A stretch of 63,699 nucleotides of DNA, counting the filler, from Candidatus Fermentibacterota bacterium (lineage in GTDB: Bacteria > JAFGKV01): the NCBI GenBank assembly GCA_016928395.1. It is 9 parts of 9 records of this genome, joined end to end, with 100 filler letters (N's around TTAATTAATTAA, not from the genome) between each part and the next. Parts side by side here need not be neighbours in the genome. Positions count along the whole stretch, not along the records: positions 7,008 to 35,520 come from JAFGKV010000254.1; 8 more parts are not named here. One strand, 5' to 3'. Shown piece by piece: positions 8,971 to 19,658 of this stretch. A program made the position numbers and the translations under genes. Positions within the stretch are counted from its first letter, which is position 1; each line of letters begins with the position of its first letter. Below the pieces are notes generated by a model. It ran no database searches. It was not told where the DNA came from and saw nothing but the letters and a program-made list of their open reading frames with translations.

Positions 8971-11435
8971 GCAGAGCGATCGTGTTGGTGCTTGACGGGG
9001 TAGGAGTCGGCGCGCTCCCAGATGCCGCGGAGTACGGAGATGAAGGCTCGGACACGCTGGGTAATGTCGCGAGGGCCCTCAAAGGTTTGACGCTCCCCAA
9101 TCTTCAGCGATGGGGGCTGGGGAACCTCCATGAGATAGCCGGCGTCGGCACCGAGCCACAGCCCGTGGCCAGCTACGGCAAGATGAGCGAAATCAGCCCT
9201 GGGAAAGACAGCACTTCGGGGCATTGGGAACTGATGGGTTGCCCCGTTGAGGCGCCATTTCCCACCTATCCCGATGGGTTTCCGCCGGAAGTAACGCGGA
9301 TTGTCGCCGAGGTGGCCGGAAGTCCGCCCCTGGGCAATGTCGTTTCATCGGGAACGGAGATCATCGAGGAACTGGGCTCGGAGCATCTTCGCACCGGGAG
9401 GCCGATCCTGTATACCTCCGCAGACAGCGTCTTGCAGCTGGCCGTACACACCAAAGTGTGGCCCACGGACAAGCTCTACGCCGTGTGTACCGCGGTTCGA
9501 GAACGGCTTCTCCCCCCCCACCAGGTCGCCCGGGTCATCGCGCGGCCATTCTTTGGGGACCCAGGAACGTTCGTTCGGACGCAGGAGCGGAAGGACTTCA
9601 CCGTGCCGCCGGTGAAGACAACCCTGCTGGACCTGCTCAAGGAGGCGGGTCACCCGGTGGTAGGCATCGGGAAGATCGATGACTTGTTCGGCGGTCGCGG
9701 CCTCACGGCATCTCGTCCGGCCAAGGGCCTGGACATCTGTCTGGAGGAGATTCTCGCCGTCATGGAGATTACTCATACCGGATTGGTCTTGGCAAACCTG
9801 GGCGATTTTGACACACTGTGGGGACACCGCAACGACGTCGCGGGGTTCGGGAATGGTCTCCTTCAATTCGATACATGGTTGCTTGCGTTCGAGGCCCTCC
9901 TCAGACCCGGGCATGATGTGGCCATCATCACGGCAGACCATGGGTGTGATCCGACCACCCCCTCCACCGATCATTCCCGCGAGTATGTGCCTCTCCTGGT
10001 GTGGAGCGGTGGAACTCCGGGTGTAGAGCTAGGGGTTCGGGCATCCTTCGCTGATGTGGCGGCGACTATCGGCGCCTTCTTGGGTGTATCCGCCAATCTG
10101 CCAGGTTCCTCGTTTCTTGCTGACTTGCCCCCCCCTCTCGCGTACGACACCCCAACGGAACCTGGATGCCACGACCTTCCTCCCGCCGACAGCGAATCCC
10201 CACCCGCCGGCGAGGATGTTCCTGGGAAGGGTTTCCTTCCCCTCGACGGGATTCTTCCGACCGGCACCGATTCGGTGGGGCATGGCGAGGAGATTGCACA
10301 ACTGGTCAGGGAGATTCAAGAGGAACTCCCCTTTGGCGGCAACCTGTTCGTGACGGTGCTCCACCAAGAGGGGCAGATCCCCGTCGAGCTTCTCACGCGC
10401 CTCGGATCGCTGGAACGGGAGCACGGAGCGTTCATCGGCGTGCGATTAGTGACAGATGGGACGCTCAGTCACGATGAACTCACGGAGTTCCTCAATCTGG
10501 CGTTGGGCCGCTGGCTGGATCAGGCCGGGCTTCTCAGCGGTGAGGTTCGCCGGGTCTTCGAGGGCCGTCAGAAGTCGACTTTCGCAGGTGAGGATCTCCT
10601 GGATGAGGGGCTGCTATCGGAAGAGCAGCTGGCGGCGTTCTATGTTCGCTCCTGCGGGATACCCTATATCCAGCTTTCGGGCTATCGCGTACCCAAGGAG
10701 GCATCGGGGATTGTTCCCCGGGAAGCGGCCGTGGCTGGCGGGGTTCTGCCCATCGCCAAAGAGGGCGACCTCATCACTGTGGCGACGTCCCGTCCCGCTG
10801 ATTCCCGACTGGTTGAAGAGGTCGCATCATGGACGGGCTGCCAGGTTCGCACGGTGCTGGCCATGCGAGCCCAGCTCATGGAGGCACTCGGCAGCGTGTA
10901 CGCCCATTCCGATGCGGATGCGCCGCAGGCGCTACCCCAAGATGCGCCGGAGCCGAGTGCCGCCGATGCTCCCGATTCGGGGTCTATCCCCGGCTCTTCG
11001 GATGCCGCGACCACGCTCAGCGAGTCGTTTGAGAACATCGAAATGGCCTGGCTTCTCCATGCGGCCAAGGCCATGACCAAGAACGCCTATGCCCCTCATT
11101 CCGGGTTGAAGGTCGGTGCGGCCGTCCTCGCCGACAATGGTGAGGTGTTCGCGGGATGCAATGTCGAGAATGATTCCTTCGGCCTCTCGATGTGCGCGGA
11201 GCGAATCGCGATCTTCAAGGCCATCAGCAGTGGCCGCAGACGCATCAAGGCGATCGCTGTCGTCGCTGATGGCCTCAGAGGTATCAAGCCGTGCGGGGCG
11301 TGCCTGCAAGTAGTCCGTCAATTTGGCCCGGATGCGGTACTCATATTCGAGTCCGAGACGGGCGGTGCGGAGACCAAGACTCTCGCCCAGTTGCTGCCCT
11401 ACGCCTTCACGCTGCCGGAAGGGAAGGCCGAATGA
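8958..11435 (+). CDS. deoB: Phosphopentomutase fused to a GspE-N/MshEN-like domain and cytidine deaminase
   Basis: N-terminal ~390 aa has LDGVGVG, GKDSTSGHWE, YTSADS, GHRND, TADHGCDP and TDHSRE. The middle has GEDLLDEGLLSEEQL...GIPYIQL...VP...LITVA...TGCQV. The C-terminus has NAYAPHS, GCNVEN, CAER and PCGAC. Single ORF. Confidence 0.85.
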   Translation: MDAIGRAIVLVLDGVGVGALPDAAEYGDEGSDTLGNVARALKGLTLPNLQRWGLGNLHEIAGVGTEPQPVASYGKMSEISPGKDSTSGHWELMGCPVEAPFPTYPDGFPPEVTRIVAEVAGSPPLGNVVSSGTEIIEELGSEHLRTGRPILYTSADSVLQLAVHTKVWPTDKLYAVCTAVRERLLPPHQVARVIARPFFGDPGTFVRTQERKDFTVPPVKTTLLDLLKEAGHPVVGIGKIDDLFGGRGLTASRPAKGLDICLEEILAVMEITHTGLVLANLGDFDTLWGHRNDVAGFGNGLLQFDTWLLAFEALLRPGHDVAIITADHGCDPTTPSTDHSREYVPLLVWSGGTPGVELGVRASFADVAATIGAFLGVSANLPGSSFLADLPPPLAYDTPTEPGCHDLPPADSESPPAGEDVPGKGFLPLDGILPTGTDSVGHGEEIAQLVREIQEELPFGGNLFVTVLHQEGQIPVELLTRLGSLEREHGAFIGVRLVTDGTLSHDELTEFLNLALGRWLDQAGLLSGEVRRVFEGRQKSTFAGEDLLDEGLLSEEQLAAFYVRSCGIPYIQLSGYRVPKEASGIVPREAAVAGGVLPIAKEGDLITVATSRPADSRLVEEVASWTGCQVRTVLAMRAQLMEALGSVYAHSDADAPQALPQDAPEPSAADAPDSGSIPGSSDAATTLSESFENIEMAWLLHAAKAMTKNAYAPHSGLKVGAAVLADNGEVFAGCNVENDSFGLSMCAERIAIFKAISSGRRRIKAIAVVADGLRGIKPCGACLQVVRQFGPDAVLIFESETGGAETKTLAQLLPYAFTLPEGKAE

Positions 11436-12790
11436 GTGCCTCTCGTATGCCTCGGATGATCGATCGCAAGAAGCGGGGTGGTTGTTTGCGGGACGAAGAG
11501 TGGCGATGGATCGTGGAGTCATTTACCGCTGGGCTCGTCCCTGACTACCAGATGTCGGCACTGCTCATGGCGGTATGGTTCAGAGGGCTCTCTGACACCG
11601 AGACAAGCGCGCTCACCCGTGCGATGATGGAGTCCGGCAGCTGCCTCGATTTCTCGACTCTGGCGCGCCCCACGGTAGACAAGCACAGCACCGGTGGCGT
11701 TGGCGACAAGGTCTCACTGGCCCTGGCGCCGTGTGCGGCCGCGGCCGGCCTGGCGGTGCCTATGGTGAGCGGGCGTGGATTGGGACATACGGGAGGAACT
11801 CTGGACAAACTGGCGGCTATACCCGGGTTTCGTACGGTACTCACCATGACCCAGTTCATGGATCAGGTCCGGAGTCTGGGGTGTGCAATCACCGGGCAGA
11901 GCGACGACATGGCGCCGGCGGACGGGATGATCTATGCCCTGCGTGACGTGACCGCCACTGTGGACTGCATACCGCTCATCGCGGCCAGCATCATGAGCAA
12001 GAAGCTGGCAGCTGGCCCCCAGGGGATTGTCTTCGACGTGAAGGTCGGCCGAGGCGCATTCATGCAGAACCTGGATGATGCCCGCCGTTTGGCCGGCGTA
12101 TTAATCCGGATCGGTGCCGCGGCCGGAAGACGCTGCACTGCCCTTCTGACGAATATGGACCAGCCCCTGGGCGTTGCCGTCGGCAATGCCCTGGAAGTGT
12201 CGGAGATCATCGACCTCCTGCGCGGTGGCGGCCCCGAAGATCTGAAGGAGATCACGGTGGCATTGGTCGCTGAGATGCTCATCACGGGGGGACTGATCGC
12301 CGAGGCAGGCGAGGCATGGGTCGCGGCCACACATGCCTTGGAAGGTCCGGCTCTCCAGTGTTTTTCAGACATGGTAGAGGCGCAAGGGGGTCAGACCGCT
12401 ATCATTGCCGATGCTTCGCTGCTTCCTTCCGCGCCCGTCATCCGGACTCTGGAGGCCCCCCGGGGAGGGTTCGTTGCCCAACTTGATGCCAGGGTCATTG
12501 GCGAGATCGCCGTTGTGTTGGGCGCAGGGCGATCTACGGTGCACGATGCTGTAGATCCCCGGGTTGGCATCATGTGCGACGTCAAGGTCGGATCGAGGAT
12601 AGGCGCGGGTGAGGCGCTCCTGACGGTCCACGCAGCGGATGAGGCATCGGCTGAGCGCGCTCTGCGGGAGCTATATGAGGCGGTCTCCATCGTTGATCAA
12701 CCCGTGCCGGCCCCTCCCCTGATTCTAGAACGCATAGACGAGACGGGAGCCACCCCATGGGTTCATCCGATGAGCGTAGCCCATGGCTGA
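11432..12790 (+). CDS. pdp: Pyrimidine-nucleoside / thymidine phosphorylase
   Basis: DKHSTGGVGDK, SGRGLGHTGGTLDKL, YALRDVTATV and SIMSKK. The start overlaps the upstream stop (ATGA). Confidence 0.93.
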   Translation: MSASRMPRMIDRKKRGGCLRDEEWRWIVESFTAGLVPDYQMSALLMAVWFRGLSDTETSALTRAMMESGSCLDFSTLARPTVDKHSTGGVGDKVSLALAPCAAAAGLAVPMVSGRGLGHTGGTLDKLAAIPGFRTVLTMTQFMDQVRSLGCAITGQSDDMAPADGMIYALRDVTATVDCIPLIAASIMSKKLAAGPQGIVFDVKVGRGAFMQNLDDARRLAGVLIRIGAAAGRRCTALLTNMDQPLGVAVGNALEVSEIIDLLRGGGPEDLKEITVALVAEMLITGGLIAEAGEAWVAATHALEGPALQCFSDMVEAQGGQTAIIADASLLPSAPVIRTLEAPRGGFVAQLDARVIGEIAVVLGAGRSTVHDAVDPRVGIMCDVKVGSRIGAGEALLTVHAADEASAERALRELYEAVSIVDQPVPAPPLILERIDETGATPWVHPMSVAHG

Positions 12791-13553
12791 GCATGATGTG
12801 CCCGCTCGCCGGTCTCCCGGCGCCGCCCTTCGACAGCTTCGCGAATCTAAGGGATTGACCCTAGAGGCAGCGGCGGAAGCCACCCATGTGAAGCTTCGTT
12901 TTCTCCAAGCCTTGGAACAGGAGGATACTGGCTCACTGCTGAACCCCGCATACGCCAAGAGCTTTCTCAAGGCGTACGCTCGGCTCCTGGACGCCGATCC
13001 TGATCTTGTGGAAGACTATCGAGGATTGCTGGAGACTCGCCACAGTAGGCCTGCGGCCCCGGCGTTTCCGCACCATGGCCCTCGTGCTCGCCGTCGCTGG
13101 TGGGCAGGGCTTCTGCTTGTGCCGATTGTCGTGTCTGCCGCGCTGTGTATCCGACGCACATCGCGAGTCGAGAAGACTCTGACGGCGACCATTGCCATGC
13201 CTGATTCTGCCGAGTCTTTCCTCGATGACCCCGTCTTCGCCGCAGAGACGCTGGCGGTTGCTCCCATCGGTCAACCGATGCTTCCTCCCGACGCGCTCTC
13301 TGCGCTGCAGATCGTCGCCGTGGAGAGTACTTGGGTTGAGGCCAGCAGCGATGGACAGATCCGTCTCCATGAGTTGCTGGTGCCCGGCGAGGTACGCATC
13401 GTCGAAGCGGCTCATCAGTACCGTTTGACGCTGGGGAATGCCGGTGGAGTTGAACTCACACTGAATGGAGAGCACATGGCGCCTCCAGGGCCTCGGGGTA
13501 TGGTCATCCGCAACATGCTTATCGATGTCTCCCGGGAGACGGCCGAGCCCTGA
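12783..13553 (+). CDS. rodZ: RodZ-like cytoskeleton protein (HTH + TM + DUF4115)
   Basis: LRQLRESKGLTL...FLQALE...YAKSFLKAYA HTH, one transmembrane segment, and LGNAGGVELTLNG C-terminal domain. Confidence 0.8.
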   Translation: MAEHDVPARRSPGAALRQLRESKGLTLEAAAEATHVKLRFLQALEQEDTGSLLNPAYAKSFLKAYARLLDADPDLVEDYRGLLETRHSRPAAPAFPHHGPRARRRWWAGLLLVPIVVSAALCIRRTSRVEKTLTATIAMPDSAESFLDDPVFAAETLAVAPIGQPMLPPDALSALQIVAVESTWVEASSDGQIRLHELLVPGEVRIVEAAHQYRLTLGNAGGVELTLNGEHMAPPGPRGMVIRNMLIDVSRETAEP

Positions 13554-13554
13554 G

Positions 13555-15555
13555 GTGTCGCGTTTCTCGCTGAGGGCACCCTATGGCCCAGCAGGCGATC
13601 AGCCTGTCGCCATAGAGATGCTGGTTCAGCGAATCCGGTCAGGGAACCGTGCCTCGGTGTTGCTGGGAGTCACGGGCTCCGGAAAGACCTTCACCGTAGC
13701 GAATGTCATCGCTCGTGTCGGGCTTCCCACTCTGATCATCAGCCACAACAAAACATTGGCGGCCCAGCTGTATGGCGAGTTGCGCGAGTACTTCCCCCAC
13801 AATGCCGTCGAGTACTTCATCTCCTACTACGACTACTATCAGCCCGAAGCGTACGTGCCTCAGACTGACACCTATATCGAGAAAGACGCCTCGATCAATG
13901 AAGAGATAGAAAAGCTGCGCCTGAAAGCGACCTCGTCGCTCATGGAGCGTGAAGATGTGATTGTGGTAGCCAGCGTCTCATGCATCTACGGCCTTGGCAA
14001 TCCGAGAGACTGGGGTGACCTCTACGTGGTTCTCGAAGTCGGCGGGTCTATTGCCCGCGAGTCTCTCGTGGAGCGGCTGCTCAACCTCCAGTATGAACGG
14101 AATGATGTCGCACCCGTCAGGGGATGTTTCAGGATCAGAGGCGATGCGGTGGAGGTGTTCCCTGCCTACGGGGATTCTCTGATCCGCCTGGAGTTCTTTG
14201 GCGCTGAACTGGAGAGGATTTGCACGGTTGATCCCGTAGCCGGCGCCACCGGGCAGAGTCTCTCTCGGACAACCATCTACCCGGCACATCACTTCGTCAC
14301 TACCACCCATCGGATCGTTCGCGCCATCGGTTCCATTGAAGAGGAGTTGGCCTCACGCCTCGCGCAGTTGCGGCACGACGGGTTGCTGCTGGAGGCGCAG
14401 CGGCTGGAGTCCCGAACCCGGTACGACCTGGAAATGCTCCGGGAAACAGGATTCTGTGCCGGCATCGAGAACTACAGCCGTCATCTGGACGGGCGAGCTC
14501 CTGGTGAGCGGCCTGCCTGCCTTCTGGACTACTTCCGCACCCCGTTCCTTACCGTGGTTGACGAGAGCCATGTTACTCTGCCCCAGCTTCGCGGCATGTG
14601 GGCGGGCGATCGGAGCCGGAAGATGACCTTGGTGGAACACGGATTTCGGCTTCCCTCGGCCCTTGACAACCGGCCCTTGGTGATGGAAGAGTTCATGGCC
14701 ATGGCGGGGCAGATGGTTCTGGTATCGGCCACGCCGGGCCAGGAGGAGATCGATCTCGCCGGTGGGGAGGTCGTGGAGCAGATCATCCGGCCTACGGGTC
14801 TGGTGGATCCGCCCGTGGTGGTGCGACCGGCCGCCACGCAGATGGACGATCTGCTCTTCAGGATCCGGGAGCGGACGGCGCGCGCTGAGCGAGTGCTGGT
14901 CACGACGCTGACCAAGCGTCTTGCGGAGGATATTGCTGACTACTTGACGGGTTTGGGCATACGGGTGCGCTATCTACATTCGGAAATCGATGTGTTGGAG
15001 CGGGTGCAGATCCTGCGCGACCTCCGCCTGGGCGAGTTCGACGTAGTGGTGGGCATCAACCTGTTGAGGGAGGGGCTTGATCTCCCTGAGGTCTCACTGG
15101 TGGCCATCCTGGATGCAGACCGTGAAGGATTCCTCAGATCCAGCACCAGTCTCATCCAGACGGCCGGTCGCGCCGCCCGTCACGCCCGAGCCGAGGTGGT
15201 CATGTACGCGGATACTCTCACCGGTTCGATGCAGCGCGCCATGCGTGAAACCGACCGCCGCCGCACCCTGCAGCTCGAGCATAATCAGCTCCATGGTATC
15301 GTTCCCACAGGGGTCATCAAGACCAGGGACGAGATTCTCAAGACCGCGTCGGTCGCCGGGAGTACCGGCGAGAGTGAGCCGGCCGTGCCGTCTCACCTCG
15401 ACCGGGAGACTCTCATCGAGCTGCTGCGGGACGAGATGCTCAAGGCCGCCTCCCGGATGGAGTTTGAGACTGCGGCAAGGCTGCGAGACAGGCTCAGAGA
15501 GTTGTCAGGCACCGTTTCCGAGAGAGCGCCCTCGCGTCGCCGACGCCGGCGATAA
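13555..15555 (+). CDS. uvrB: Excinuclease ABC subunit B
   Basis: GVTGSGKT, SYYDYYQPEAY, DESH, GINLLREGLD, QTAGRAAR and a C-terminal UVR domain. Confidence 0.97.
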   Translation: MSRFSLRAPYGPAGDQPVAIEMLVQRIRSGNRASVLLGVTGSGKTFTVANVIARVGLPTLIISHNKTLAAQLYGELREYFPHNAVEYFISYYDYYQPEAYVPQTDTYIEKDASINEEIEKLRLKATSSLMEREDVIVVASVSCIYGLGNPRDWGDLYVVLEVGGSIARESLVERLLNLQYERNDVAPVRGCFRIRGDAVEVFPAYGDSLIRLEFFGAELERICTVDPVAGATGQSLSRTTIYPAHHFVTTTHRIVRAIGSIEEELASRLAQLRHDGLLLEAQRLESRTRYDLEMLRETGFCAGIENYSRHLDGRAPGERPACLLDYFRTPFLTVVDESHVTLPQLRGMWAGDRSRKMTLVEHGFRLPSALDNRPLVMEEFMAMAGQMVLVSATPGQEEIDLAGGEVVEQIIRPTGLVDPPVVVRPAATQMDDLLFRIRERTARAERVLVTTLTKRLAEDIADYLTGLGIRVRYLHSEIDVLERVQILRDLRLGEFDVVVGINLLREGLDLPEVSLVAILDADREGFLRSSTSLIQTAGRAARHARAEVVMYADTLTGSMQRAMRETDRRRTLQLEHNQLHGIVPTGVIKTRDEILKTASVAGSTGESEPAVPSHLDRETLIELLRDEMLKAASRMEFETAARLRDRLRELSGTVSERAPSRRRRRR

Positions 15556-15576
15556 GACTACCTCACGGGATCCGCG

Positions 15577-18500
15577 TCACGGCTCAGGGGTTGCAGAGCC
15601 GGTGGCCGGCTCTGCGTAGTTGAACCTCCAGTCAAAGGCTAAGACCGCGTAGTAGTAGTTCTGGCCGTTCGTGAGATCGGTATCAACCACTGTCGTCAGA
15701 CTGGGGCCCAAGATCGCCACGATGGCGGATGTCCCGATGGCGGTTTCACCCGCGTAGTCCTCACCCTGGACGGGAAGATCAACCACCGGATCGGTCTCGC
15801 GACGGAGTACGATGGTTCCGATGCGATCCGGGTCCGCTGGGTTCTCCCACGACAGAGTATCGACACCGTCTCCGGCATCGATCGCAAGATGCAGAACCTG
15901 CCCTGGGGCAGTCACATCATACGTGGCGCTGTCGGTCTTGGCAGTCGAGTAGTTCGGCACCTCGTCCATGGCAAAGGCCGAATAGAAGTAGCGTTGCTCC
16001 ACCGGTGAGGCATGGAGAATGGAGTCGGGGGTGGATGGTGTCCCCGGCTCAATACCCAAGAGAGTTCCGGAGGTCGGCGTGGCGGGGTACGAGGCCGTTC
16101 CATACCGCACCATCACGCTCTGAAAGTCAGCCGTCGACGGGCTGTTCCAGGTCAGCCGGATGCCTTCCTGCACCTGCCGGGCCGTGAAGTCAGTCACCGG
16201 AGCCGGGGAGGTCGTGTCCGCGGGGGTGCCGGAGGCCTGGCGGCCCTCAGAGTAATTCCATGCCATGTCGTAGCTGTAGGCGCGGTAGTAGTACGTGGAA
16301 TCATTGACCACGCTGATGTCGGACCACTGAGTACCGGTGCCGATGTAGACCACCGTGCTTGCGCCGTCGGGAAGGAACTGCCCAACTTCATAGTCAACTC
16401 GGGGCACGGGGTTGGTGTTGACCGGTTGGCCCCTGCGCCTGCCGATGAGCACGCCTTCGTAGTCGCTGCTGGTGGGCGGTGTCCACGCCAGATGAAGCTT
16501 TCCATCATCGGATTGCACGGCGAACGTGATCACATCAGGCGGCGGCGTCAAATCCGCCCCGCTGGCCACACCGGGAGAATTGGAGAGCACTGACCAATTC
16601 CCGGCATCATCCCTGACCTTGAGGGCGATGTAATGCACTACATCGGGGGGGAGGCCGGTGATGAGAAGCGAGTCAGTAACGTCCGGCTCGGAAGGAACAG
16701 GTTCATCGGGCGCCTGTGTGGCAGCTTGGAATGCCGCCTCGGTGGTGATGGGAGAGCCTGTCCGATAGCGCAGGTCGTACTGCACGGCAGGGCCACCCCA
16801 CGTCGAGTCGTCACCCACCGCAACCCATCGCGCCTTGAGCGTTCCCTGGCTCGGCCCCGTCAATGCCTGCAGGGTAGTGACTTTCGCCGGCGGCGTGACA
16901 TCCACCTGCACCGTATCCGACGGGCTGTTGGACACTGCCGATTCGTTCGCATGATCGTCGAATGCCTTGCAGGCAAAGTACAGCACTGCGCCGGACGTGA
17001 GGTTCTTGGCGATGAGGGTGTCTTGGGCGAGCGGAGGTGAGAGCGACGGGCCCCGGAGGATTTGTGAGGATTGGAGTACAGTCGCGGTATTCCAGTTGAA
17101 CTCGGTGATGAGCTGGCCCGGCTGATAACGGAACTCATAGCCCGAGACCGTGCCGGTGAGCGAGTCGTCTCCCACGGCGGTCCACGTGAGCTGGATTTGG
17201 CCCTCAACCAGAGTCGGTGCATTCCCGGAGGCGATCAGGTCATCCACCCGCGCAGGACGGGTGACATCAACCTGGGGCATTGACTGCGGGCTATTGGACA
17301 CACCCGACATGATGCCCGCATCATCCTCGGCGCGAATGGCGAAGAAGTACCAGATTCCTGGAGTGAGCGAACTCACCACCAATGACTCGGGCTCATCGGC
17401 ACTGGCGGGAGGGAATGGCACCGGCACCGTGATGCAGGCCGGATTATCCCAGTCATTGGGGCCGATCTGCGCCCCTTGCCGGTACTTGAGATGATACGTC
17501 GATGCTGAGCCGGAGAGACTGTCATCACCGGTGGCGGTCCATGTCAGCAGCACCTGGCCCTCCACCAAGCCGGGCGCGGTGCCGGATGCCGATAGATCAT
17601 CGATTGGCGCCGGAGGCGTCACGTCGCTCTGCGCGAACTCGGTGGCCTGCGCGGACATGACGGAGGCATTGTCCACCTCGTCGAGTACCCGAAGCCTGAA
17701 GTAGTACTTCACGGTCGGCGTCAATCCTGCGGCCGCGAAGCTCTCCTCTTGCCCCGACGGTTTTGGCACCGGCGGGTTGGGCAGATCTATCGCGGCTTGG
17801 AACTGCTGCAGGGTAGTAATCGGTGACTGGGAAGCCCGGATCTCGTAGCGCGTGGCTGTTCCCACGTCGCCGTCATCGCCCGTGGCTGTCCACGTGAGTA
17901 GCACCTGGCCTTCGAGGGCGCCCTGCTGGGTGGCCGCAAGGTTCGCCACATAGCCCGGAGGCGTGACGTCGGCCTGGGCCGAGGTGGAGGCAGCATTCGA
18001 GAACGGGGACATGTTCTCTCTCGCGTCGGTGGAGCGAATGCAGAACCACACCTCACCGGTGGTGGGCAATCCCCGGGCGGTCATCTGTTGCGGCGTACCG
18101 GCCACAGACGGCGCCGGAACCCCTTGGGTAACGGCCGTGGCCGAGTTCCAGGCAGTCTCGGTGGCGATGGAGTCGGCGGCGAACTTGACGAAGTAGGCCG
18201 ATGCCGTGCCTTCATCACCGTTATCGCCCGGTGCGGTCCACGTCAAGATCGCCTCTCCCTCGAGCTGCCCGGGCACCGCCTGGAGGTCACGGATCGCGGC
18301 AGGCGCCATCTCGTCATCAGATGACACCGGGCCCGCCTCATTTGAAGGGGCCGATTCCATCGAACCCTCGAAGGCAGTCACTCGATAGAAGTACGGTGTC
18401 AGATCCACAACCCCAGTGTCCACGTACTCCGTCGTGCCGGGAGCGACCGACGTCAGGGGATTCCCATACACGCCGCTCTCGGTAGTACGGTAGAGGCGGT

Positions 18501-19629
18501 ACCCATCGATGCCGATTCCCCCGTTGTCACTAGGACTCTTCTGCCAGAGCAGTTGGATGCGGCCGCCACCGTCGGGTGAAGGGTTGAGTGCCTGCAGGTT
18601 ACCGGGAGGCTCGGGAGCACCGTTGTTTACGGCCATGGAGGAGTCCGCCGTGGAAAACGCGGAGAGACTCGTCGAATCCTTGGCTCGGACCCTGTAGTGG
18701 AAGATGCTGCCGGGCTGCAATCCTTCGTCGGCATAGTCCGCCGATCCGGCGCCTACCGTTCCCACACGGCTCATGGTGGTCGAATCCGGCCCAAAGCCTC
18801 GGTAGATCTCATACAGGGAAACGTCGTTCGCGCCGGTGCCATCGTCAGGGGAGAGCTCCCATGCCACCACGATGGCGGTCCCCGCATCATCGGGCCTGTC
18901 AGTCGCCGTCAGGGCGGTGGCAGGCCTCGGCGGGATATTATCCACCGGGTTGGCGCTATGGGGGCCTGCTGGGTGCGAGAGCAGAGTATCAGCCAGGGCA
19001 CTGACGCGGTAGTAGTAGAGCTTGCCTGGCGTGAGGCCGCAGTCAGTCACTGTGCCGATTCGGGCGGCTACCGTGGCAACGGGAGGGTACGAGCCTTCGA
19101 GCACGGTATCCCGCGCCACCACATAGCCGGTGATCTCGCTCCCCACCGTGTCCATGGGTGACAACTGCCACTCGACAATAAGGCAGGTGCCCTGGTCGTT
19201 CGGCTCGTCTCTCACAACAACGCCATAGGGTGCGTCGACGCCCCGAGGATAGGCGGGCACGATGCCGGAGCGTCTGCTGGTCTCTCCGCGGGCGTAGGAG
19301 GCCACCTGATACTCATACCGCACATCCGGGGATACATTCCGATCGGTGTACACGGACTCCGGGCACGCAACGCGGGCAATCATCAGAAACGATGTGGTGT
19401 CCGTTCCACTATCCATCCGGAACACGACGGTGGAATCGAGCCCCGGAACTGCAGGGACATCCCATGCCAGCCGTACTCCGCCTAACTGTCCTTCGGCTCT
19501 GAGGTCGAACGGATCATCGTTCGCGGGATCGAGAGGGTTCTTGTGATCTCTGGTGCACGATGGGCTCAGGGCGATGGCAACCAAGAGGGCGCCGAGCGCT
19601 CCTGCGCCCAACCCCATACGTATCGACAT
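15577..19629 (-). CDS. Large multi-fibronectin type III lipoprotein
   Basis: Signal peptide with lipobox-like LSPSC followed by NPLDP, then more than ten FN3-like units. Start re-called at ATG 19629 after AAGGAG. Confidence 0.8.
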   Translation of the reverse strand: MSIRMGLGAGALGALLVAIALSPSCTRDHKNPLDPANDDPFDLRAEGQLGGVRLAWDVPAVPGLDSTVVFRMDSGTDTTSFLMIARVACPESVYTDRNVSPDVRYEYQVASYARGETSRRSGIVPAYPRGVDAPYGVVVRDEPNDQGTCLIVEWQLSPMDTVGSEITGYVVARDTVLEGSYPPVATVAARIGTVTDCGLTPGKLYYYRVSALADTLLSHPAGPHSANPVDNIPPRPATALTATDRPDDAGTAIVVAWELSPDDGTGANDVSLYEIYRGFGPDSTTMSRVGTVGAGSADYADEGLQPGSIFHYRVRAKDSTSLSAFSTADSSMAVNNGAPEPPGNLQALNPSPDGGGRIQLLWQKSPSDNGGIGIDGYRLYRTTESGVYGNPLTSVAPGTTEYVDTGVVDLTPYFYRVTAFEGSMESAPSNEAGPVSSDDEMAPAAIRDLQAVPGQLEGEAILTWTAPGDNGDEGTASAYFVKFAADSIATETAWNSATAVTQGVPAPSVAGTPQQMTARGLPTTGEVWFCIRSTDARENMSPFSNAASTSAQADVTPPGYVANLAATQQGALEGQVLLTWTATGDDGDVGTATRYEIRASQSPITTLQQFQAAIDLPNPPVPKPSGQEESFAAAGLTPTVKYYFRLRVLDEVDNASVMSAQATEFAQSDVTPPAPIDDLSASGTAPGLVEGQVLLTWTATGDDSLSGSASTYHLKYRQGAQIGPNDWDNPACITVPVPFPPASADEPESLVVSSLTPGIWYFFAIRAEDDAGIMSGVSNSPQSMPQVDVTRPARVDDLIASGNAPTLVEGQIQLTWTAVGDDSLTGTVSGYEFRYQPGQLITEFNWNTATVLQSSQILRGPSLSPPLAQDTLIAKNLTSGAVLYFACKAFDDHANESAVSNSPSDTVQVDVTPPAKVTTLQALTGPSQGTLKARWVAVGDDSTWGGPAVQYDLRYRTGSPITTEAAFQAATQAPDEPVPSEPDVTDSLLITGLPPDVVHYIALKVRDDAGNWSVLSNSPGVASGADLTPPPDVITFAVQSDDGKLHLAWTPPTSSDYEGVLIGRRRGQPVNTNPVPRVDYEVGQFLPDGASTVVYIGTGTQWSDISVVNDSTYYYRAYSYDMAWNYSEGRQASGTPADTTSPAPVTDFTARQVQEGIRLTWNSPSTADFQSVMVRYGTASYPATPTSGTLLGIEPGTPSTPDSILHASPVEQRYFYSAFAMDEVPNYSTAKTDSATYDVTAPGQVLHLAIDAGDGVDTLSWENPADPDRIGTIVLRRETDPVVDLPVQGEDYAGETAIGTSAIVAILGPSLTTVVDTDLTNGQNYYYAVLAFDWRFNYAEPATGSATPEP

Positions 19630-19658
19630 CACTGCTCCTTTGGTAACAACACGGTATG

